From contig RHPI01000890.1 in NCBI GenBank assembly GCA_009103225.1, positions 33,630 to 97,629 of the forward strand: DNA of 64,000 nucleotides, written 5' to 3'. Numbering within the stretch: the first letter of the stretch is position 1; each line of letters begins with the position of its first letter. The notes beneath the pieces were generated by a model. It saw nothing but the letters and a program-made list of their open reading frames with translations. It ran no database searches and had not been told where the DNA came from. This DNA comes from Chlorokybus atmophyticus (taxonomy: Eukaryota > Plantae > Mesostigma and Chlorokybus algae). Both the position numbers and the translations under genes were made by a program. Below, piece after piece: positions 23,402 to 33,674 of the stretch.

Positions 23402-26053
23402 CTATGCTCGCTCGGCTTGCTGACCAGTTGAGACAGCCTGAGTGACGTCGAGAGCGGGCAGAGTGGCTGCGCGCGTCGCTGCAGAGACAGCGGGCTCGAC
23501 GATGGCAATTGTGGCAGTTGCGACGATACCGGTCGGTGGTGCGAGAGTTGTTTCGACGCCTACGGACAAAGGCACTGCTGCAATGGGAAGTGCACCGCCC
23601 ACTGGTGCAGACTCGGTAGAGATGGCGGCTGTTGCCATTGTGCTCACCAGTGTCGGCGTCCCGGTGTCCATCGGTGTACCAGGTTGTGGTGCAACTGGAG
23701 TGGGTGCTGCTGACGTTGGTGGAGTCGACGTTGTAGCCGGTGTGGCTGTTGCTGCGGCGGCAGCACCACTGGTGGCTTCGGAGGAGGTGCCTGCTGATGT
23801 TGTTGCAGCTTCCCCTCGTGCTCGTCGTGATGGTTGCACGCGGGACGGAGTGTTCCTGTCTCTCTCGCGTTTTGCAGCCATCAGCGCCCATCGGGCAGTG
23901 TAGCAGGCGCGGTAGTCCTGCTCCTTGTCTTCCTCCAAGCGTGCCATACGCGCCATAAGGGCTGCCATATGGTCATCAGCTGGTGGGTTGGCTGAAGCCT
24001 TGGCGGCAACAGCAGCAGCGCGCGGACGTGTCTCTGGTCCCTTACGCTGAGGAGGTCTGTTCTTCCCCCTGTAGCCTTGCTCTTCCTTGCGAACACTGGC
24101 GTTGTTGTTGTTGTTACTGCCACCAGCGTTGTTGCTGTTGTGGGCTCCAGTGTTGTGTTGAACGACTAGCATGCACATGTAGCTGAGGCAAGCATAGACA
24201 CACAGAGACAGAGCTACCGCCACCAGAGCATACACAGGTCACATCACATTCATCTATTACAAGTTGTCCGCTGGTTCTTATACCAGCCAGTTACACACAC
24301 GTCTACGTTTGCAAGCACTGCGTAAGCTATACTCAGCCTTTTGACGCGCTCTAAGCTGCGTTGTCTTCCTTACAACTAGAGCTTTCCAACAAGCTCTTAC
24401 ACGCCCAATATGAGTAAGTATACGCGGAGATACGAAGCAGTTAGTAAGGCTCCAGTCTGGAGTCCGGAGTCTGGTCCGACGATGCCATCTTGCTAAGTCC
24501 GGACCTAGTGCTCGTCCTTACGACCTTCTACTGTGTGGAGGGTCGATGCTGATCGTATGTAGGAATACTCTCAACATGTTGTTGCTATTGTAGCCACTGA
24601 AGTGGTTGCTAGTGTGGCCTCAAGTGTTGTTGCTGTTGTAGCCACCGGAGTAGTTGTGGTTGTAGCTGTTGGCGGGCCTCAACTCTGGGAACTTGAGCCA
24701 GCAGACTGACTCCACATGACCAGTCTTGTGACAGTGGTCGCAAACCAAAGTTGAGTATTCTTCGGTGCACTCCTTTTGGTAGTGCCCATGCCGTCCACAG
24801 CGATGACACAGCACAGGGGCAGCAAGTGCAGCATGAGCTGACCGTTTCCCTTTGTCGCGTGCTGGTGGAGCGTCCCGGCCACGGTCGCGGCGAGGAAGCT
24901 CAGTTGTCGTGCTGACTACAGGCCGTGCGGCGCTGCGGTTGGTGTCTAGCACTGCCTTCTCATACACCAAGCGCTTGTGGATGACTTGTGCAGTCTCGAA
25001 GGCTTCTTTGAGGGTGTAGCCAAGGGGCCTGCTGTAGTTCAGAGTCAGGCGTGTCGACTCGCTCAGAGCAGCATCCAACTCATTGACGTATATCACTGCA
25101 GCAGCCTCCTTATTGACAATCTTGTAGTCAGTGTTCTTCAGCAGGCCTTCCAGTCTGGAGTACAAGCGGAGGGGATCCTCATTGGGCTTGCGTCGGAAGC
25201 GTCTCAGCTCCTCAACCTTGGTGGTGGTCTGAGAAGGGAAGGTGCGGCGCAGGGCAGCGTACAGGTCCTTGAGTGGAGAATCAGAGATGGCAGCACCTAC
25301 GGTGATGGCTGGTGCGCGCAGTGCTACTGACCCGAGGGTGAAAGCACTGCCTCCTGCACGAGAGCCAAGTGTTGCTGGAGGTAGAGGAGTACCCCACTCT
25401 GCGGCTGCCGCTTGCTGTACAGCTCTTTGTTCCTCAATGATGATGGCAGAACGGTCAAGGATGCGGACTCGACGTGTGGCCTCCTTGGACGCAACTTCTG
25501 CAGGGGTCAAGTTGCCAAGTACCAACTCTGGTTCCTCCTCCTCTGCCTGCTTAAGAGCTGCAGCTATGGACAAGCCTGTTACTGCAACTGAAGTGGCAGG
25601 TGGAACGACACCTGCTGGACGGTGCAGAGATGCAGATGCTATGGTGCTGGCAAGCTCGATATAGCCGTCTACTCGATGCAGTTCAGCAACGGACTTCCAG
25701 ACATCGTGTGCTTCATGATCAAGATACTGAGCAGCAATGTGGAAAGAGATCTCATCTGACCAGTCTTTGTTCTTCAGAGCTTGCTGCCGCATCTTGGAGT
25801 GGAACTTGATGATGAACTTATCCAGCGAGGTGGTGCCGGCACGTTCGGAGAAGCGCAGGGATGTGGTTGAACTGGAAGACTTCATCTCGTTGTCGTCGCT
25901 GTCCAATGATAGTGGAGAAGCTTGATGACGAGGAGTAGAGTAGAGCGGGGTGAAGCTGGAGATGGAGCGCGAGCCTGCTGCTGCGGTCGATGCTCCCGTC
26001 ACTGGTCCGCTCGTAGGTGAGGTTGGTGGTTGGGCTCCAACTGCTGAGGTCAC
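23402..26053 (-). pseudogene. gypsy gag with two CCHC zinc knuckles, split by a stop and a solo LTR
   Basis: CHRCGRHGHYQKEC and CDHCHKTGHVESVC. The N/S/G-rich tract continues across the stop at 24620 and the LTR at 24156-24576. Confidence 0.85.
24156..24576 (-). mobile_element. Solo LTR of copia family A
   Basis: Near-identical to 424-847 (3-bp deletion); 5-bp TSD TGTTG at 24151-24155 and 24577-24581. Confidence 0.97.
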
Positions 26054-26287
26054 CCTCGTCTATTGGGGGGAATGGGGTGGGCCTGCTCATACAGCTGGTC
26101 CAGAGGTGAAAGGGTAGGGTGCTTGTGCTCTACCGTCTATCCTGATGCTGTTACCACCCAACATACTAGTGCTTGTACGCACTATGTGATGACAATGATA
26201 ACGAATGCCCAGCGATCTATCCCTGGGTGCAGACTGCACTACCTGATGCAGATTGCAACACACTCACTTGTGCAAAGAGGGTGACAC

Positions 26288-26952
26288 TGTAAGTCAACAA
26301 GCCACTACGATAGGTAGTGCTGTGGACACAGTTCTTTGCATGAGTGGATAGAATGATACACTGTTAAGTGAGGTGAATGAGTGTGCAACACGTGGATACA
26401 ACACCCTGACTACTGAAACAACACACCACCGTCAAGCTCACAGCAATGGCAGGCACAGCGCACAAGAGCATGCACCGTGTCTCACGCAGTAAGGGAATTC
26501 TTGGCAACCGGGGCAGCGTGCTTCCAGTTCAAGTTGCTTCACAAGCTCTTTAGAAACAGAGTCTTTACTTCTTGGTACTCCTAGTACTCACAGTACTCAC
26601 TTACAGTGTCACCAGCTAGTCTGGTGACGTGACTTCCTACTTATACATGTCAAATCATGACTGTGCAGTGCCACGCGGGCACTAGGCCAACGGTCACATC
26701 GAGGCCTCATGCTATTTCGGAAATCTCCTAAGACTCGATATAGCACATGTGTCATTAACAGACTTGCAACTGATCAGCTACGCGCGGTCCCTACAGACAG
26801 GTCTATAAAGTAGCCCTAGCTACATGCTACATGAGTGGTACAGTAGCTAGCAGTAGGCTGGGGCCTGCGCGGTCTTCATGCTGGTAGCGGGCGTGGGGCT
26901 GGGTGTAGGCATGCTCGAGAAGGACTGGCATGCGAGGGTAGATGGCATGATA
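26288..26952 (-). repeat. Gypsy repeat segment B, 5' terminal copy containing the promoter, R and U5
   Basis: Copy of 10563-11227; terminus TA (TG in the other copy). Confidence 0.95.
26599..26645 (-). promoter_or_regulatory. TATA box and predicted transcription start of the gypsy element
   Basis: TATAAGTAG begins at 26645 on the minus strand, 32 nt upstream of GGTGACACTGTAAGT (26613-26599). Confidence 0.6.
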
Positions 26953-28574
26953 AAGCAGGTGGTCAATGATGCCTCCCAGCACATGCATTGCGTCAGTGGC
27001 AAGACGAGAGTAGCAGTCAGCTCCCGGCACCCGCGACTGTCGCCAACCCCACAGTGCATTCTGTTGCCAAACCACATTGCCTGCTTTCACGGAAAGCCAT
27101 TCATCCTCACGAATGCCGATAATTTGACCATTACCTCCTCGACATGCATGGAGTGCTGCTCTTTGAAAGCCTTGGCTGTCTGGCGTGCATTCCTAACACC
27201 GCTATGCAGGTCCGCCCGCAGCTGACGTATTGCTGGTATGTAGAAGGCCTCGGTTCTCAATTCCCGGTCCTCATCCATCTCCAACAGATCTGATTTGGTG
27301 ACGAGACAAACATTGCAAGGATGTCGTGTTTGGTTGCCCGACACAGTGCGTGCGAGTGTGGCAGTCTCCTACAACACGATAAACTCAGATGTTCTACTGA
27401 CAACATCCTCCATACACTGTTTGCTGGCAGGCTGCATCCGATCACAACCATTCATGCCCACTACCGGCAAATCGCTGATGTAGTTGGCAAGCGCGAGAAA
27501 TTCACGACGCTCGATGCCATTCGGGTCGATGAGCTGCAGACCTTCTCAACTCGCCCGCTTCACATCCCCTAACACTACATTCAAAGCATCATGAAAAATC
27601 TCACGTTTCTGAATGGAGAATGATTCCTTGCCCTGCGCCCAGGTGGGATGCCCGGCCACTGCGTGAACCACCGGCAGAAGCGCTATCATAACAACCCCCA
27701 TGTTGCTAGCATACATGTCCCAATTGTAGTTGGCAAGCGATGCCATCAAAGGGTAGCCAGAGCGCTTGCCCGCGCTGTCCAACGTGGTCTTGTCACTGTA
27801 CAGAATGGCAGGCGCTAAGTAGGACGCTTCCCCCACCTCTCTCCTCAAATCCACCTCCGCATCCTTCCACTCATCGCCCGTAGAAGGATGGCCAAAGCTA
27901 TGCTCGTCATTAGTGTACTGGAGATTGAAGCCATTGGCGGCATGTGGATTGCCATACAACCGCGCGAGCCATACCTGCTCCGACCAAGAGCATTACTTAC
28001 TATGCTGGCCTCAGAATAGATACTGCATCGATACTGCATTAGGTACTGCATTTCACAGACCTTGGCCGGCATATATGTGACGCAGATGTCTTGATCCTCA
28101 GGGTCTTCAGGCTTGCGCAGGTCAGCCGTCATGTAGTTTTGATATGGCAGCACACTCGCATGTGCATATGTGACATGGCTCTGATGGTTGAAGCACATGC
28201 ACCGCACACCGTGAACACACCTCAGACTGAGAGAAAGCAATCGTGGTCCGGAGGTAGCTGGCCACATGCACACCGGTCTCCCACTGGAGCTCTTCCGTCA
28301 GGAAGTGTGCATTTCGGATGCACTTGATGATCCGCCCCATGTCGGAGGCCGACAGGCCTTGGCCATTGTTGCACTGCACGAATGCCACTGCAAGAGCATG
28401 CTCTGAGCCATACCACCTAGATTCCAACGCGTGCGAAGGGACGCCTCCACTTCCATGTTGGCGTGCCACAGGTTTCTCAGGCACACGCACACATCGAAAG
28501 CCCTCGTTCACTACCTCCTCCTCCTGTTGCTGCTGTGCGTGTGTCTTCCGAAGGAATCCTTCAGCATCAAGCAT
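26953..28574 (-). pseudogene. Plavaka-type transposase, N-terminal half with introns
   Basis: HPSTGDEW...PAILYSDKT...YPLMASLAN, LANYISDLP, CNVCLV, DAMHVLGGIIDHL; TGA near 27546. The start position is approximate. Confidence 0.8.
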
Positions 28575-31500
28575 GTGAGCATCCTAGATCGAACTCCCCG
28601 GTTCAACATGACCCGCATCGTACTGTAATGGACGCTGGCCGACATACAGCTTGATCTGCTTGCACACCCTGCTGCTAATAATGTGCATGTAGACCGAGCT
28701 GCGTGTGGCGAAGCGCATGTGGCAATACGGACAAAGGACTCCCATATCTCACTACTAACGTCGACACAGGTGTCGCCAATGTAACCTGCATCATATCCAG
28801 CAACACGCACACCCGCCGCCGCCGCCGCCGCCACCGCCACCGCCACCGCTACCGCTACCGCTGCATGCCAGAGGCGGGAAACTTGGCCGCCAGTCACTGG
28901 CTCCGTCGTACCATTATAATGGTACGATCGAGCCATTGAACGTCCAGGGTGAGTCTGGATATATATATATATACATATATATTCTGATTGAACCGTTTCA
29001 ATGGTACGAAGATGCCTTTGCCCCAAGGTATAGGCATTATACAAAGGTACCATTGAAATGGTACCTTTGTACAATGGCAATGGCAGTTCGTACCATTGAC
29101 AACTCTGGCAATGTCAGTCCCCCTGCGCATGAAAACACCATTGATAGCTCCGCCAAGCTATGCCCTTACAGGGGCGTGATGCCGAGGGTATGTGGCGTTT
29201 GGAGGATCGTTGGCGGCGCTGCCAGGGGCGTAGTGGGCATTGTGGTCGAGGTCCGGGATGAACAGTGACTCGGGCGATATCTTACAGGGCTCCCCATCCG
29301 AGTGGGCAAAGGCACACCACAATACTGCCTCTAAGAAAATCCGACCCACCAGCAGCTGCGACCACGGCGACATGATTGAAGGGACCAAACAAGACTGGCA
29401 TAACCAAGGTGGGTTACGATGCACTGTCAATGCCACATGCTAGGGTTCTTTTATCTTGCACATGCACAGCCTCAAGTATCTTGCACTTGACATACATTGT
29501 CAATACCACATGCACACCCTCATGCACAACCTCCAGTGTCATGCACATGAACAGCACGACCAATCTCGCAAATGCACAGCCTATTTTTACTTGCGGGAGC
29601 TCACAAGTCGCAAAAGAGAAGCTGCGGAGTACCACGAACGGGTAATCCATGACCTAGTTTAATGTTTCCAGCGGTAATCAAGCAGTATGCTTGCAGATTG
29701 CCATGTTGGTCAGAGTGAACCGAGAGTAGCGCGGCAGGCTGACTGTCTGCCTAGCGGAGTGCAACAAAGCGGAAGACGAGGTAAGCGTGTGTATGCTGAT
29801 GGGCTAGTCCTCTGGCAGCACGCCACTCTTACAGCATTACCAAATGCAGGTGATCACTCTCAAAGCGACCATCAAGCGCATGCGCGTGCAAGGCGAGGCG
29901 CTGACATTTAAGCTGAAGGACGAAGTAGCCGCTGTACTGTCAGCGATCGAGGCAGCGGTTGAAGATGATTCCGGCGTTGAAGCAGAAGACTCGTCGGAGG
30001 AGGAACAGGAGGAGGGGGTTTGAGGAGGAGTTCTGAGGCAGGCACCACGAGTTGACAAGCTGCGTATGAGTCCGACAGCTAGACTCAATGTTATAGGGTA
30101 GTTTCATGCGCAAGTCGGCTGCTCAGTTGCAAGTGGACATACTCTCACCACTGCCCGTACATTGTATATATTGTGGGCTTTTAGGTGCAAGACCAAACAA
30201 TCAGTCCAAGGTTTGTACAAGCTGCATGGCATGTTAGTTTTGGCTTACGGCAAGAATTGCCAACTTTTGTCAAACGGCAAGGGTCACATATTAATAGCAG
30301 TGCAACGGCAAAGAAACTGCCGGCTATTGCTGTCAGCTGTCCGTAACTACCGGCTAACGGCCGTCTGTGCACATTGACCAAAGGGTAACTGGTTGACAAC
30401 TCTCGGCCGGTTAGTGCCACTGACAACCACTTTCGGCCCGCGGCCGTCTGCGTCAGTCCACTTAAGCCAACGGCAAACCCAACAGTCCAAAAGTAATATT
30501 TCAGGCAGCGACAGGCAGGCTCAGGCAGGCTCATGCACCAGTAAGTCCCTCAGTCCTTAGTCAGTTACCGTGTAAAATTTGCGACGAACAACCATGCTGG
30601 CCTCAAATTAGATACTGCATTTCACAGACCTTGGCCGGCATAACTGTGACGCTGATGTCATGATCCTCAGTCTCCAGGCCTTGCGCAGGTCAGCCGTCAC
30701 GTAGTTGGGATATGGTAGCACAATCGCATGTGTATTTGTGACATGGCTCTGATGGTTGAAGAACATGCACCGCACACCGTGAACACACAGACTGAAAGAA
30801 AGCATTTGTCATCCAGAGGTAGCTGGCCACATGCACACCGGTCTCCCGTTGGAGGTCTTTCGTCAAGAAGTGTGCATTGCGGATGCACTTGATGATCCGC
30901 CCCATGTTGGAAGCCGACAGGCCTTGGCCATTGTTGCACTTCACGAATGCCACTACAAGAGCATGCTCCAAGCCATACCACTTGAATTCCGACGAGTGCA
31001 AAGGGACGCCTCCACTTCCATGTTGGCGTGCCACAGGTTTCTTAGGCACACGCACACATCGATAGCCCTTGTTCACTTCGTCCTCCTCACGTTGCTGCTG
31101 TGCGTGTGTCTCCTGAAGGGGTCCTTCAGCACCAAGCATGTGCGCATCTCGGATCGAACTCCCCGGTTCAACATGACCCGCATCGTGCTGCAACGGACGC
31201 TAGCCAACATACAATTTGACTTGCTAACACACCCAGCTGATAACAATGTGCCTCTAGATCGAGTTGCATGCCAGAGGCGGGGAACTTGGCCGCCATTCAC
31301 TGGTGTGACGGCTCCGTCGTGCCATTATTATTTTCATTATGGTACGATCGAGCCATTATACGTCCTGGCTGGGATGAGTTTGCATATATATTCTAATTTT
31401 ACTGTTTTAATGGTACGAAGATGCCTTTGCCGAAAGGTATCATTGACATGGTACCTTTGTACAGTGGCAACGCCACAGTTTGTACCATTGACAATGCTGG

Positions 31501-33045
31501 CAATGCCAGCCCCTGCGCATGAAAACACCATTGATAGCTCCGCTAAGCTATGCCCTTACAGGGGCGTGATGCCGAGGGTATGTAGCGTTTGGTGGATTGT
31601 TGGCGGCGCTGCCAGGGGCGTAGTGGGCATTGTGGTCGAGGTGCGGGATGAATTCCATGGTCACACAAGGCGGGCAAGGTGCCGGTAGGGTGTTCTTGGT
31701 GTTAAACCCCACCATGCCTACCAAGGGCACAGCCAATAACAACAGTGACTTGGCGATATTTTACAGGGCTCCCCCTCCGAGTAGGAAAAGGCACACCACA
31801 ATACTGCCTCTAAGAACGTCCGACCCAGCAGCAGCTGCGACCATGGCGACATGATCGAAGGGACCAAACAAGATTGGCATAACAAAGGTGGGTTAACCTT
31901 TGACTGTGAATCGTAACGTTACGATCCACAGTCAATGCCACATGCTGGGGTTCTTTTATCTCGCACATACACAGCCTCAATTATCTTGCATATGACGTAC
32001 ATTGTCAATACCACATGCACGCCATTATGCACAGCCTAATTCTGCTTGCGGGAGCTCACAAGTCGCAAAAGAGAAGCTGCGGAGTACCGCGAACATGTAA
32101 TCCATGACCTAATTTAATGTCTTAAATGGCAATTAAGCAGTATGCTTGCAAATTGCTATGTTAGTTAGAAAAAATTAAGAGCAGCGCGCCAGGCTGACTA
32201 TCCGCCTTGCGGAGTGCGACAAAGCGGAAGACAAAGTAAGCATGTGTATGCTAATGGGCCAGTCCTCTGACCCATTAGCACACAGCACGCCACTCTTATA
32301 GCATTACCAAATGTAGGTGGTCCGTCTCAAAGCGACTATCAAGCGCACGCGCGCGCGCATGACGGGTGCCGACATTCAAGCTGAAGGACGAATTGGCCGT
32401 TGTATTGTTAGCGAACGAGGCATCAGATGAAGATGACTCCGATATTGAAGCAGAAGACTTGTCGGAGGAGGAACAGGAGGAGAGGGTTGAGGAGGAGTTC
32501 TAAGGCACGCACCATGGGTTGACAAGCTGCGCATGAGTGCGACAGGTAGACTCAACGTTGTAGGTGGTTTTGTGCGCAAGTCAGCTGCTAAGTTGCAAAT
32601 GGACATACTTTCACCACTGCCGGTATGTTGAATATATTGTGGGCTTATATTTGCAAGACCAAACAATCAATCCAAGATTTGCACAAGCTGCATGGCATGT
32701 TGGTGTCCACTTACGGCAAAAATTGTCAACTTTCGTAAAATGGTAAGGGTCATATATTAACAACAGTGTTATGGCAAACAAACTGCCGGCTATTGCTGTC
32801 AGCTGTCCGTAACTACTGGCTAATGGTCGTCTGTACACATCGATCAAAGCGTAATTGATTGACAGCTTTCTACCGGTCAGTGCCACTGACAACCACTTTC
32901 GGCCCGCGGTCGTCTGCGTTAGTCCATATAAGTCAATGACAAACCTTGCAGTTCAAATGTAACATCTCAGGCAGCGGCAGGCAGGCTTGATGGGCTGAGG
33001 CACCCGTTAGTCCCTCGATCATAAGTCAATCACTGAGTAAAGTTA
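28010..33045. repeat. Two diverged tandem copies of about 2.5 kb (28010-30590 and 30590-33045) covering the transposase 5' end and upstream region
   Basis: Collinear similarity, e.g. ORFs 28122-28574 vs 30690-31193 and 29158 vs 31548 (DHNAHYAPGSAAN...HHAPVRA). Confidence 0.85.
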
Positions 33046-33674
33046 TTAAGACAAGCATATTATAATTGAGATGCAATGTTTGCACATTGCGGTGATTGTC
33101 CACCAACTCATAGCATTCATATAATTTTGAACATGTTACACAGTATAAAAGCACACGCACACAACCGTGTGCACAAAAGTTCTATTGTACGGGTACAGAC
33201 TGTATGTTTTAAAATCGGATATTTTGTTACGTATTTTACGTAAAAACCGACTTTAAAACAATGCATTCTGATGACTTGATTGCTGCAGTAGCGAATGAAC
33301 GAAATAAAAGCTCAATGCTCAATGCAGGGTTTGCGTGAAAAGTTTGTGTCTCTACGGTAGATGGGTGATCTTATTGTTAATCAAAACTACAAAGACATGA
33401 AAACAATTCTGGAGCACAAAGGCACATGTGGTGCACTTTTCGTACTTGATGAGTTGGGTAATGAGTCATTACTAATGACGACGCACTGGGTTACGCCGAT
33501 ACACCGTAACTTATTGAATACGGCCTTTCACCCACATGATCAGCGATGTGACACGTGGCACCGAGGCAAAGCCGGCGGCGGCGGCGGCGGCGACAGGGGT
33601 GACGTCGCCGCCGGTAGGGCAGACGGACGGCGAGGAAGGGAAGCTGGCGTGTAGCGGGAGGTAGCTTCCCGGCG

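Larger units (their letters stand above)
10318..26952 (-). mobile_element. Ty3/gypsy-type retrotransposon with DNMT and PHD, permuted terminal repeats, containing nested copia B and a solo LTR
   Basis: 4-bp TSD AAGC at 10314-10317 and 26953-26956; gag-PR-DNMT-RT-RH-INT-PHD order; repeats B (26288-26952, 10563-11227) and A (16332-16570, 10318-10556). Confidence 0.92.

Noticed and set aside
19157-23958. Many plus-strand ORFs opposite gypsy gag-pol as antisense genes
   Set aside because: No recognisable domains; expected as shadows of GC-rich coding sequence.
10318-26952. DIRS/Ngaro tyrosine-recombinase element, suggested by the split direct repeats
   Set aside because: No YR motifs seen; it encodes an aspartic protease and rve integrase and has a TSD.
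30568-30580. CACGG-type CMC terminal sequence
   Set aside because: Not conserved at the equivalent position of the second duplicate, and no matching left end was found.
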